Assembly (NCBI GenBank): GCA_963722075.1 | Contig: CAVRJM010000001.1 | Location: forward strand, 832,001-896,000 | Reading direction: 5' to 3' | Source: Candidatus Babeliales bacterium | GTDB lineage: Bacteria; Babelota; Babeliae; Babelales; JANWKD01 | Length of the DNA stretch: 64,000 nucleotides | Program-made: the position numbers and the translations under genes | Notes under the pieces: model-generated | The model's input: the letters and a program-made list of their open reading frames with translations, nothing else | Databases searched by the model: none | What the model was told of the DNA's origin: nothing | In this document: positions 50,851 to 61,207 of the stretch, piece by piece | Layout: every line of letters begins with the position of its first letter | How positions within the stretch are numbered: the stretch's first letter is position 1

Positions 50851-51855
50851 ATGATTTTTTTCATATTTAGCCCGAAAGTACTGATGATTTTTAAAAACGT
50901 AAAGGCATGGGCTTTATTCATTGCTCTAATATTCATATCATGTAACATTCTTTATGCTGAAACAACGATCACTTTGATTGATAAAGCAGGCAGTATAGTG
51001 GATGTATTTGGTTATCATTCCTATCAAGAGTTTTTTAATCCTGACTGCAGCAGAATGGTAACGAGTATGTGCAATAAAGTTATTGTGTGGGATACGCAAA
51101 CAAGCCAACCTGTCTTGGTTTTTGGTGGTGACGCTGATTTGATAGCCACAACAGGGGTTTTTAGTCCCAATGGAGAACTAATTTTAATAGTATCTGAACG
51201 AAGATCACCTGAAGCAACCCAGATAGTAGCAACAGTGCATAATGCACATACAGGCAAAATAGTATGTTTACTTAAAGATTTTAATGCCACCAGCAACACA
51301 TTTAGTCCAGATAGTACCAAAATCATGGGTATAGGAGCTAATAACAATGTTGCTATATGGGATGCCCAAACAGGAAGCCCTTTATTTACACTTGATGCAA
51401 AACATGTGTGTGCTTTTAGTCCAAACGGTAAAACCATTATAAATGCAGCTCGCTCTGAAAATGATACAAAAGTCTTTGATGCGCAAACCGGAAAACTAAT
51501 TGCGGTAATTTGTAATTCAATGTGTTATGGTTTTAGTCAAGACGGTAATCGCATTTTGGTTTTACAAAAAACTCCACACGATGAAACTCAACCTGAATTT
51601 ACGATAGTTTCATTAGAATCCAATCTGGCATGCATTGACGATCATATAAAATATTTAAAGGTATCTACCGATTATTCACTTATAGCTGGATCAAGTATTA
51701 ATCCTGTAAAATTTGCTTTTAGGATCAATCAAGATCAAGGATATGCTATTCTTAACAATAAAAAGACTGGACAAGAAAAAATATTAAGTTTAACGCCGGA
51801 TTCCGTACCAGTTCCAGGTAAAAGAGCTTTTCACCTTTGTTCAATTGAAGCATAA
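50851..51855 (+). CDS. Secreted WD40-like beta-propeller protein
   Basis: Repeated FSPNG/FSPDS...WDAQTG units; signal peptide. Confidence 0.8.
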   Translation: MIFFIFSPKVLMIFKNVKAWALFIALIFISCNILYAETTITLIDKAGSIVDVFGYHSYQEFFNPDCSRMVTSMCNKVIVWDTQTSQPVLVFGGDADLIATTGVFSPNGELILIVSERRSPEATQIVATVHNAHTGKIVCLLKDFNATSNTFSPDSTKIMGIGANNNVAIWDAQTGSPLFTLDAKHVCAFSPNGKTIINAARSENDTKVFDAQTGKLIAVICNSMCYGFSQDGNRILVLQKTPHDETQPEFTIVSLESNLACIDDHIKYLKVSTDYSLIAGSSINPVKFAFRINQDQGYAILNNKKTGQEKILSLTPDSVPVPGKRAFHLCSIEA

Positions 51856-52034
51856 AAAATACGCACGAATATTTATTAAGAAAATTTGGCCTATTATAGA
51901 TTATTAGTAAAAGATGCTTTAACAATTTAATTAAGACTACTTATAAGCCAAAGCATTCTGTAAATAATGTTCAATATTGCAAATCTAGATCGCATCGAAC
52001 TATCTTAAGAAAAATATAAAAAAAGGATTGAAGG

Positions 52035-53400
52035 ATGATGCGGTTACTATTGATATTTTTTGTAATGTTGTTACCCAAATCTTTATTAACTAAACCAAAA
52101 ATTAATTATGACGAAGCACAAAAAATTGCAACTGAGGCATATATTTGGGGATACCCGCTTGTAGTTATGCAACGCACAAAACAGGAGATGACGCAGCATC
52201 ACCCACTCAATAGTGTCATTCGACAATCTGGATTAGTTACACCAGGATTTTCTGAAGTTGTTACACCCAATGTTGATACGCTCTACGCTGCAGCATGGCT
52301 TGATTTACAAAAGCAACCGCTTATTTTGGCGGTTCCTGATACTCGTGATCGTTATTATTCTGTTCAATTTTTAGATGCATATACTAATACCTTTTCCTAT
52401 GTTGGTAAACGAGCAACCGGAACTAAAGCAGGAAAATTTATTATTGCAGGGCCCCATTTGAAAGAAAAAATCGATTTTAAGTTACCCGTTATACAAGCAC
52501 CAACAAATACCGTATGGCTTATTGTGCGCATAGGAGTGAAGAATGATAAAGATTTACCCAATGCAAAAAAATTACTCGATCAAATTACTCTTTCCCCTTT
52601 ATACGGCTCCAGCAAAGCCATCATATTCAAAGCCGCCACAAGGGACGCCCCAAAATGTGCAACAATCTGGCATAGGATTTTTTGATGAGCTTACCCAAGC
52701 ACTCATTGGCAATGAGCCTCCAAAATCTCAAACAAAACTTTTAGAAAAGTTTGCAACAATTGGTATTGCTCAAGGTAAAAAGCCATCAGAAGAGATAACC
52801 GATCCTCAGTTAAAAGCCATACTCAACAATGCAATACAAGAAGGCGAAAAACAAATAAATAAAAAAATTAATGCACTAGCAGCCCCAAAAAATGGTTGGG
52901 GCTATGATTTTAAAACAGGCAACTATGGAAATGATTTTCTTTTACGTGCAGCAATCGCTAAGCAAGGATTGGGAGCAAATATTCCTGCTGAAGCGCTATA
53001 TGCTGCAGCGTTTGTTGATAATACGGGATTGCCCTTAGTTGGTTCAAAACGATATACCATTCATTTTGATAAAGATCAGATACCGCCGGTAAACGCTTTT
53101 TGGTCATTAACTTTGTATGATAGTAAAACCAAACAACTTGTCGCCAACCCTCTTAATCGCTATGCCATTGGCGATCGTTCTGAATTTGTAACCTATAATG
53201 ATGATGGATCTCTTGATATTTATATACAAAATGCAGCACCTGAGGCAAAAGAATCAAATTGGTTGCCATCACCAAAAGAAAATTTCTATCTTATATTACG
53301 AATGTATATGCCAAAAAAAGAAGTTCTTAATGATACCTATAATTATCCATCAATTGTACGTTTAGATAAGAATGAAGCCCATAAAAGGAACAATGGATGA
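52035..53400 (+). pseudogene. DUF1254/DUF1214 protein with frameshift near 52600
   Basis: AYIWGYPLV, PNVDTLY (DUF1254) in one frame; PPVNAFWSLTLY, NWLPSP, LRMYMP (DUF1214) in the next. Confidence 0.85.
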
Positions 53401-53900
53401 AAGTATTTGCAATCGTTATATTCTTAAGTGTAATACAGCCATCATTATTATATGCAATGTGCATGCCAGGTAGCTTTCAAGCCGTTTCCGGTTCTCCTTT
53501 TGCAACAGAATCAGTACCAACTGCGATAGCATATTCACCCGTAATAAATGGGAATTTATTTGCTGCTATCACTAATTCCGGGAATAATTCGGTATCAGTT
53601 TATTTGGTAAATCAAACAACCCGCGCATTTACCCCTGTCAGCGGATCGCCTTTTGCAACGGGAGCTGACCCCGCTAATATCGTTTTTTCACCAGTACTAG
53701 ATGGCCAATTATTTGCTGCTATTGCCAATTTAGATAGCAATTACCATATCAATATATACTGTTGATCCTAATTCTGGGGCATTTACCCCTATAAGCAGCT
53801 CGCCCATGAGCACTGCTTCAGGCCCTCTTGGTATAGCTTTCTCCCCACTAACAAACGGTAATTTATTTCTCGCGGTTTCTAATGGTAAATGCCAATCTTG
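53397..53900 (+). pseudogene. Lactonase-type beta-propeller repeat protein, truncated and frameshifted
   Basis: VSGSPFAT...IAYSP..NGNLFAA repeats continue out of frame after 53750 (SSPMSTASGPLGIAFSP). Confidence 0.7.
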
Positions 53901-53967
53901 TATCTGTTTATGTACTATGCTCTAGTTCCATAAGCAGTTGCAGTGAAAGAATGTGGTTAAAAATACT

Positions 53968-54531
53968 ATGAATAAAAATTTTATTTTTCTTATTTTACTT
54001 TTTATTTTTTTATCGGCGCATGCTTATAAACCCGCTGATTTTTCTCTTTTTGATCTAGCTTTTACTTCTGGTTATATATGGAAGCATGATTCCATTTTCA
54101 AACAAGTATATGGTAATGGAATTCCCGATTTTATTACCGTAGATGCATGTTGTTATCCATTACCTTATGCAGGAACTGGCATCAAAACCAGCTACTGGCA
54201 AGCAAAGGGAAAAACAACCTGTCTTAAAGCGCATACAAAACTTCAAGAAGTTCCTTTAATTAGTTATGTGCGCGCACGATTTGGTTATTGGTTACAAGGA
54301 TACGTTTCACTGGGTGGCGGCGCCATTTTTATTAGAGAAAAAAGTTATTTGGGCACCGTACATAAAACGGTTGGTATTTCAGAAGCAGAAATAGGATTTA
54401 ACTACTTCCCGCATCCTAATGTGTATCTCACTAGTGCCTGCAGATATTTATTTCCACGACAAAAATCAGCTGGTAATAAAGCTGATTTTGGTGGCGTTGG
54501 CCTTCGCGGCGGTATCGGCTTTAGTTATTGA
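53968..54531 (+). CDS. Small outer-membrane beta-barrel-like protein
   Basis: Signal peptide AHA; YVSLGGG strand; C-terminal GLRGGIGFSY. Confidence 0.65.
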   Translation: MNKNFIFLILLFIFLSAHAYKPADFSLFDLAFTSGYIWKHDSIFKQVYGNGIPDFITVDACCYPLPYAGTGIKTSYWQAKGKTTCLKAHTKLQEVPLISYVRARFGYWLQGYVSLGGGAIFIREKSYLGTVHKTVGISEAEIGFNYFPHPNVYLTSACRYLFPRQKSAGNKADFGGVGLRGGIGFSY

Positions 54532-54534
54532 TAG

Positions 54535-54715
54535 CAATAATTGCGCCATTCTTACACTAAACTATTGCCATCCATACGACTAAATAATTTTAGATTGCCA
54601 TGGTTATCCATAATGGCGATGGCAATTTTAATATTTTTTTCATGAGCTTTTTTTCAGCAGCAGCTGCTGCATTTTTTGCCATATCAAGTGACAATGATTT
54701 TACTGTAAAGACCAT
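54535..54715 (-). pseudogene. GlcG/HbpS heme-binding protein remnant
   Basis: AAGGA RBS; MVFTVKSLSLDMAKNAAAAAEK(fs)AHEKNIKIAIAIMDNHGNLKLFSRMDG, then truncated; not in the ORF track. Confidence 0.7.
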
Positions 54716-54762
54716 TTGTTCCTTTTTTAGGGTAATAATTTATTTTGTTTTTTAGATTATCG

Positions 54763-55785
54763 TTAATTTAATTGTTTTGCTACATACTCCTGTACTATGG
54801 TTAGGCATTCCTTTTTTCTGTCATCTGATGCAAAAGAAAAAACAAAAGAATTTTTCGCACATTCGATATCATTATCAATCGATAACCCCATTTGGGTTAT
54901 GGCAGCATAATAATTCTCAGCAATATATCCTCCAAAAAAAGCAGGGTCATCTGAATTAATAGTTGTTATTACACCTGCATCGATCATTTTTTTAAGCGGA
55001 TGATATTTAAGGTTTTTTACTATACCAAGAGCATAATTAGATAGAGGGCATACCGTTAATGGTATCTTTCGTTGTACCAATTCTTTCATCAATGCTGGAT
55101 CCTCGATAGCACGAATACCATGGTCAATTCGTTCTACTTTTAGCAGTTCAATTGCTTCTTTAATATAAGATGGTGGGCCTTCTTCGCCTGCATGTGCCAC
55201 ACAATGATAACCATACGATCGTGCTTGTGCAAAGACCGCATCAAATTTAGATAACGGATTTCCTTTTTCTATTGAAGCTAATCCTACCGAAACAATTTTA
55301 TCTTTAAAAGGTAATGATTGTTCAAGCGCTTCAAAAGCACTTTCTTGACTCAGGTCACGCCTAATGCACAATATCAGTGCTCCTGAAATGCCCCACTTTT
55401 TACCCCCATCAACTAACGCATCATGAATACCATTAATAACAACTGCTGGTTTTATATCCCGCAATAAATAGGTTTGAATATCAAAAAAGATTTCTGTATG
55501 AAGCACACCTTGATCTGCTACTTTTTTTAAATACGCTAACGTAAGCTCATAAAAATCTTCCTGTGTGCATAATACTGTTGAAATATGCACATATGCGTTA
55601 ATAAATGAATCGAAATCAGAAAAACGGTATGCAAGTTGCGGTTCTTGGACTGTTTTATAAGGGATATCTATATTATTACGCCGCGCAAAGTACAGAAACT
55701 GTTCTGGTTCCATAGTTCCTTCAATATGAACATGCAACTCAGCTTTAGGTAAATTATAGATAAATGCCTTAAGATTTTTATACAT
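54763..55785 (-). CDS. add: Adenosine/adenine deaminase
   Basis: PKAELHVHIEG, AHAGEEG, RIDHG, CPLSN, NSDDP. Confidence 0.93.
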   Translation of the reverse strand: MYKNLKAFIYNLPKAELHVHIEGTMEPEQFLYFARRNNIDIPYKTVQEPQLAYRFSDFDSFINAYVHISTVLCTQEDFYELTLAYLKKVADQGVLHTEIFFDIQTYLLRDIKPAVVINGIHDALVDGGKKWGISGALILCIRRDLSQESAFEALEQSLPFKDKIVSVGLASIEKGNPLSKFDAVFAQARSYGYHCVAHAGEEGPPSYIKEAIELLKVERIDHGIRAIEDPALMKELVQRKIPLTVCPLSNYALGIVKNLKYHPLKKMIDAGVITTINSDDPAFFGGYIAENYYAAITQMGLSIDNDIECAKNSFVFSFASDDRKKECLTIVQEYVAKQLN

Positions 55786-55855
55786 TTTGATTGTATTTCA
55801 TTACAAGTTATGTTTTTCATAAAGTCTAGTAAAACTAACTTAAAAAGGGGAATAT

Positions 55856-56215
55856 ATGAAAGACAATGATTCAATTGATCTATTATCATTGGAACGTACA
55901 CTTCTTGCCGCTGAACGAACGTTTGGCTCATGGATAAGAACGGCACTTTCAGCAATGGCTGGCGGTCTTGCTATGTTACGATTAATTCATTTTAAAACAC
56001 CTACCCATGTAGTTATTGCACATCTTATTGGTCAAATATTAATTATATGGGGATTTTGTGTGATAGTTTTATCTGCAATAGATTACAAGAGAAAATTGCA
56101 ACAAACGGTAGAAATGACACAATCATATAAATTATCATCAATTAAATTCATTATTATGGTTATACCGCTTATCATTGTGTGTTTTTTATTGCTATGGGTT
56201 ACCTTGCCATATTAA
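55856..56215 (+). CDS. DUF202 (YidH-like) membrane protein
   Basis: RTLLAAERTFGSWIRTALS. Confidence 0.88.
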   Translation: MKDNDSIDLLSLERTLLAAERTFGSWIRTALSAMAGGLAMLRLIHFKTPTHVVIAHLIGQILIIWGFCVIVLSAIDYKRKLQQTVEMTQSYKLSSIKFIIMVIPLIIVCFLLLWVTLPY

Positions 56216-56337
56216 TTAGTAATTACTTTCTTTTTTATTATTTTTATAAACTTTTTATTGATAAAAACATTTTTGATTTTTCAAATTAATAAAAAAATAA
56301 TATTGAATAAAGTTAGTTTAATTATGAGGATATAATT

Positions 56338-57189
56338 ATGGTAAATAAAACTGTTTTTTTTAGATTTATTTTAGTTGCTTTTCAGATTATTAATTTGTTT
56401 TCAAGCAATAGCGTATTAAGCAAAAATGCACTTGTTACTATTCCAAAATGCGGATCTTTCTTATTATTAAAAACTATTCAATTAATAAATGGAAAAAAAG
56501 AACGTATTATGCCAAAGGAATTATATTTAATTCCTGATTCAACAATGAAAACTTTTTTTGATAAAGATGTCATTCTATCATCTCATGCAATTTATGTTGA
56601 TATGAATATTAATCAGCTCAATAAAAATAATATTAAGACTATTTTTATCTACAGAGATCCACGCGATCAAATCGTATCAGCTGCTTTTTGGATAAAAAAA
56701 AATTCTCATTGGCCACATGCTAACTGGGACATAAATTCACTCATTGATGAGCTTATAATTTGCGGTGGATCAATATGGGGCACTATATTTAAACTTGCTA
56801 CTCAAATACCTGATGCAGATTTACCTTGGCTAGGATTAAAAGGAATAGCTGAATTTTATAATATGTACTTACCCTGGCGATTTGAACCTAATGTTTATAC
56901 AACGACCTTTGAGAAGCTCGTAGGGCCCCGCGGTGGTGGAAACTTAGAAAGCCAATTAAATGAAATTATGGCAATTACTCAACATATGGGAATGAACCTT
57001 GATAGAAGACAAGCCACTCGAATAGCTCATTCTTTATTTGGCGGAACTCTAACATTTCGTGAAGGTAAAATTGGTTCATATAAAAAACATTTCTTAGAAC
57101 GTCACAAGATAGCATTTAAAACAAAACACAATGGTGCGGGACAAAAATTACTTGAATATTTAGGCTATGAAAAAGATGCAAATTGGTAA
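56338..57189 (+). CDS. Sulfotransferase-domain protein (exported)
   Basis: IPKCGS 5'-PSB, YRDPRDQIVS 3'-PB, FREGKIGSYK; N-terminal signal-like segment. Confidence 0.82.
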   Translation: MVNKTVFFRFILVAFQIINLFSSNSVLSKNALVTIPKCGSFLLLKTIQLINGKKERIMPKELYLIPDSTMKTFFDKDVILSSHAIYVDMNINQLNKNNIKTIFIYRDPRDQIVSAAFWIKKNSHWPHANWDINSLIDELIICGGSIWGTIFKLATQIPDADLPWLGLKGIAEFYNMYLPWRFEPNVYTTTFEKLVGPRGGGNLESQLNEIMAITQHMGMNLDRRQATRIAHSLFGGTLTFREGKIGSYKKHFLERHKIAFKTKHNGAGQKLLEYLGYEKDANW

Positions 57190-57196
57190 TTAGATA

Positions 57197-58096
57197 TTAA
57201 AAACGCGCATTCCAGGATGCCCATACCGTTATAATATATTTATTACCATAAACTTTCGGCACATGATCAAATCCATATGCAGTGTAGAATAACAACCTAT
57301 TGGAAATAGTTTTAGTTTTAAATCTATATTTATATACGCCATAAAAGTTACTTCTTATATAATTTGCTTTGCGAACAATTTCATCAAGTGATGGGTGGAT
57401 ATGCGCCCCAAAACGAGTTCGTGATGTATACCCAAACTCAATACCATGATGTTCATTAAAATTATTTTTATTTGCAATAAGCAAATCTCCAATATTCCCT
57501 AAGGTAAACATAAATGTCTGATCGGTACCATTATGAGCATAACGAGGAATAAAATATATGTACCTCCCGCCATATATAAGCGTGCTAATAGCATTTAATG
57601 TGCATATACCATCTACCTGAATACCCAGACCAACTAGACTATATCCAAAATCAACATGTTCTAATCGTAAAATTCGATGAGTTGGAACGCCAAATAACCC
57701 TGATAAGGTAACAACGTTATGAGCATCAGTTAGTATATTACGTCCTGCAGTAAAAAGAATATCATCGGTCTCAGTACCCTCAAAAGTAGTTACACCTGCT
57801 ACTTTTTCATGAATGTGAGAAAAGGCACTATCAACCCGAAAATAATATGGTTTAAAATTGTAAATAAGAGATCCAAGTCCACCAACAAAATTTTGTCGGG
57901 TACCATTATACTTTTTTCGATATTGGTCAAAAAATAATCCAACCGTATTTAGACTATTTTTATTCTCATTTTCAACAATAGGCTGCTTGGTTATTTGCGC
58001 AATACGAAAGTTATACACCATTGATATGGGCAATAGATTACCGCTCCAAAATAAAAGTAAAAAAAATATATAGGTATATGCTTTCATTATTCTCAC
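57197..58096 (-). CDS. Exported hypothetical protein, probable beta-barrel
   Basis: Signal peptide; aromatic beta-strands; C-terminal ...WASWNARF. Confidence 0.6.
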   Translation of the reverse strand: MRIMKAYTYIFFLLLFWSGNLLPISMVYNFRIAQITKQPIVENENKNSLNTVGLFFDQYRKKYNGTRQNFVGGLGSLIYNFKPYYFRVDSAFSHIHEKVAGVTTFEGTETDDILFTAGRNILTDAHNVVTLSGLFGVPTHRILRLEHVDFGYSLVGLGIQVDGICTLNAISTLIYGGRYIYFIPRYAHNGTDQTFMFTLGNIGDLLIANKNNFNEHHGIEFGYTSRTRFGAHIHPSLDEIVRKANYIRSNFYGVYKYRFKTKTISNRLLFYTAYGFDHVPKVYGNKYIITVWASWNARF

Positions 58097-58238
58097 TTTC
58101 TAATTTTTTATTATAGTTGCATTATACCTGGCTCGTTAAAAAAAGTAGAATATATAAGATAAATCCATGATTTTTCCCTTAATTTATTCCGTATGTAAGC
58201 AAAAAAAGCTATTTTAATAATGTTTTATAAATGAATAA

Positions 58239-58769
58239 ATGAAGGAAGAAAATATGATCCATTATCTACTAATCATATTATTTATCATATATATACCACT
58301 CCTGGGTATGCGCCCTAATCCGCAAGAAATTATCACAACAAATATTAAAGAGCTTGTTAAAGGGACCCAAACAAAGGAAGAACTAGAAAAATATTACAGC
58401 TATCAACAATTGAGAGATTTCAGAGATCAAAACGAAAATAATTTAATTCATATAGTTATAAAAAAATTACTCACTCAACGGGGCCATAAAGGGTTTTCAT
58501 ATTTTGTTGATAGTTATAAATCATTATTACGCTACCTAATTAACTCCGGCATTGATATTAATGAAGGAAATTTAAAAACAAGAACTCCGCTCTATTACGT
58601 ATATAAAAGGCAAAATGCGCAATTAGATTTTTTAAAACAATTTTTAGAAAATGAACTAAGTGCAGGTCTTGCGCCCACCATTCATTTTAAAGATTTACAT
58701 TTAAGCGACCTTCCATTACTTTGTATACAGTTTTTATGTGGCAATTGTTTAAAAGATAAATACGATTAA
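58239..58769 (+). CDS. Secreted short ankyrin-like protein (paralog a)
   Basis: LLG-MRP; FRD.N.NNLIH, GIDINE, TPLY. Confidence 0.65.
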   Translation: MKEENMIHYLLIILFIIYIPLLGMRPNPQEIITTNIKELVKGTQTKEELEKYYSYQQLRDFRDQNENNLIHIVIKKLLTQRGHKGFSYFVDSYKSLLRYLINSGIDINEGNLKTRTPLYYVYKRQNAQLDFLKQFLENELSAGLAPTIHFKDLHLSDLPLLCIQFLCGNCLKDKYD

Positions 58770-58778
58770 AGGAACTTC

Positions 58779-59282
58779 ATGAAAATTGTATTATTATTAT
58801 TACTTTTCTTGCCATGTTCCATACTCAAAGGTATGCAACATATGGAATGTACCCCGCAGCAATTAATTGAACTCAATCACCCAACGTTAATCCAAGAATA
58901 TTTAAAAGAAGAACCTTATAGAAGCGAATTAATACAATTTAGAGATAATAATTACAATAATCTTATTCATTTGGTTGTAATGCATTTGATAAAACAAGGA
59001 TCTTCAGATTTCGATGTTGATAAATATAGACCATTATTGCATGATTTCGTAGTAAATGGCATTAATATAAATGAAGCAAACGATGATCATATTACTCCTA
59101 TATCACGCGTTCATCAGGCCAAAAAAGCTAATTCGAATACAATGCAATCATTAGCACGATATTTATTTGAATTAGGGGCTGTTGAATCCGCGAATGTTTC
59201 ATTTTCTACCTATATTCGTAATACTACAAATTGTATGTTAGAATTGTTGTGTATTAAAAGAATGAAATATAAATATAATTAA
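58779..59282 (+). CDS. Secreted short ankyrin-like protein (paralog b)
   Basis: LKG-MQH; FRDNNYNNLIH, GININE, TPIS; tandem paralog of the previous gene. Confidence 0.65.
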   Translation: MKIVLLLLLFLPCSILKGMQHMECTPQQLIELNHPTLIQEYLKEEPYRSELIQFRDNNYNNLIHLVVMHLIKQGSSDFDVDKYRPLLHDFVVNGININEANDDHITPISRVHQAKKANSNTMQSLARYLFELGAVESANVSFSTYIRNTTNCMLELLCIKRMKYKYN

Positions 59283-59289
59283 ATCCAAA

Positions 59290-59721
59290 TTATTCAAAAC
59301 CAAATTTTTTACTCCGCATCTTTTTTACCTGACTTCTTTGTTTTTTTGCCTGCAACTGCGATTCTTTAACCGCCACTGGCACTTTAGTTTTCATTCTTTT
59401 TTTAGGTACAATTAATGCCTTTCGTATTTCATCTGCAAGTTGATTGAGTGCCTGCTCCTTATTATGCTGCTGGCTTCGCGATGAACTATTATTGATAAGC
59501 AAGTCACCTTCTGTGGTTAACCGATTACTTAATTTTGCATATACTCGTTGCTTTTGCTCATCAGTTAAAGCAGTTGTTTGCAATACATTCCATCGTATTG
59601 TTATGCGTGATTGAGTTTTATTAACATGCTGACCGCCCGGCCCGCCCGACCCACTGGTGGTAATAATTAATTCTTGTTCAGGAATTACGATACTATTTTT
59701 AATTGATAATCCTTTTTTCAT
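59290..59721 (-). CDS. arfB: Alternative ribosome rescue peptidyl-tRNA hydrolase ArfB
   Basis: SGGPGGQHVNK, RSQ..N, basic C-terminal tail. Confidence 0.93.
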   Translation of the reverse strand: MKKGLSIKNSIVIPEQELIITTSGSGGPGGQHVNKTQSRITIRWNVLQTTALTDEQKQRVYAKLSNRLTTEGDLLINNSSSRSQQHNKEQALNQLADEIRKALIVPKKRMKTKVPVAVKESQLQAKKQRSQVKKMRSKKFGFE

Positions 59722-59853
59722 AATACTCTCTTTGTTTATTTTAATACAATTATAATATAATTTTTTATTATATTTTGCTATATATTAGACAAATGAAATA
59801 AATAATATAATACTAAAAAGAGGTATTTCTATATTACTTATAAGGATTTTAAT

Positions 59854-60234
59854 ATGAATATAATAGCAATTTGTGTAGCCACTATTTCTAATTTTATATT
59901 AGGTGGCATATGGTACTCGCTTTTATTTGGCAAGCTCTGGCAAAAAGAAGTTGGCCTCAGTAATGAACAACTTAAAGCAAGCGGCTCACTTCCCTTTATA
60001 CTCTCATTTTTTTATTCGCTATTAGCAGCTCTTGGTTTCAATTATTTAGTTCAATTCTCACCTTCTTTAGAACACAATGTCATCGTAGGATTAATTGTAG
60101 GTATTTTATTAGTTGCTACCTCCATGGGCACCAATTATCAATTTGCTGGCCGTTCATCAAAACTTTTTTTAATTGATGCTGGATACCATGTAGCACAATT
60201 TATTTTATACGCTTTTATTTTTTGGTATCTTTAA
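59854..60234 (+). CDS. DUF1761 family membrane protein
   Basis: GGIWYS.LFGK.W ... FLIDAGY. Confidence 0.85.
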   Translation: MNIIAICVATISNFILGGIWYSLLFGKLWQKEVGLSNEQLKASGSLPFILSFFYSLLAALGFNYLVQFSPSLEHNVIVGLIVGILLVATSMGTNYQFAGRSSKLFLIDAGYHVAQFILYAFIFWYL

Positions 60235-60271
60235 TATCCATAATTAATAAACTAATATAAAAGGTAGAGGA

Positions 60272-61207
60272 ATGCTGGAAAAGAGTTATCAACAGCCAGA
60301 AAATCAATTAGCTGATATAAAAAAATTTATTAAAAAAATATTCTTTTTTAGCATTCCCTTTCTATGTATATTTTCACTCAATTATATAATTGATCCTTAT
60401 AATTTAAATAGAAGAGTAAATGTTTTTTTAGAAAAAAAAGATATTGCTTGTTTTTTTAATGAACGACTCTGGAAATTAAACAACTTTCTACAAAATCCTT
60501 ATTATTATATTATTTTAGGAGATTCTCGTGCAGCTCGCTTTTCTGAAGAATATATAACAGCTCTTACCCGCAAAGATTTTATTAATCTTTCTTTTAGTGG
60601 CGCAACCCTCATTGAAATCATCGATACTTTTTGGTTTATTACTTCGCAGGTAAAGCCAAAAGAAATTTTTCTTTGTATCAATTTTGATCGTTTTAATGAC
60701 TGGCAAAAAGCAAACGCCGTATATGAAGCAATTACTACAATCAATAATCCATGGTTACATTATATGCAGCCCCAAACAACCAAAATAGTATACTCATTGC
60801 TTTGTAATATCATTTTCAAAAAAAAAATATCTCAAGCTCCGCCAGTTGATCAAGCAGCTTTTTGGCAAATTCAGCTTGATGAGATTGATCAAGGATATAA
60901 ACGCTATACTTTTCCTTTATATGTAACAGAACAATTAACAAAAATTGTTGAATATTGTAAAAAAAATATGATCACGTTATCGTTTATCATTTTTCCTACG
61001 CATACTGATTTGCAAAAAAGAATAGTCATTGCTGGATTACAAGAGCAACACCAACAATTTAAGCAGTTCTTACATTCTCTGGCACCCGTATATGATTTTG
61101 ATATAGAAAATCATTTTACTGCTGATAATAATAATTTTGATGATCCAAAACATCTGAGTTATAGTGCCACCAAAAATCTTACAACACAGATTTGGCACAC
61201 CGCTTAA
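60272..61207 (+). CDS. Membrane-anchored SGNH/DltD-like protein
   Basis: N-terminal TM then IDPY, ILGDSR (block I Ser), D.KH (DDPKH) near the C-terminus; adjacent to an MBOAT. Confidence 0.6.
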   Translation: MLEKSYQQPENQLADIKKFIKKIFFFSIPFLCIFSLNYIIDPYNLNRRVNVFLEKKDIACFFNERLWKLNNFLQNPYYYIILGDSRAARFSEEYITALTRKDFINLSFSGATLIEIIDTFWFITSQVKPKEIFLCINFDRFNDWQKANAVYEAITTINNPWLHYMQPQTTKIVYSLLCNIIFKKKISQAPPVDQAAFWQIQLDEIDQGYKRYTFPLYVTEQLTKIVEYCKKNMITLSFIIFPTHTDLQKRIVIAGLQEQHQQFKQFLHSLAPVYDFDIENHFTADNNNFDDPKHLSYSATKNLTTQIWHTA

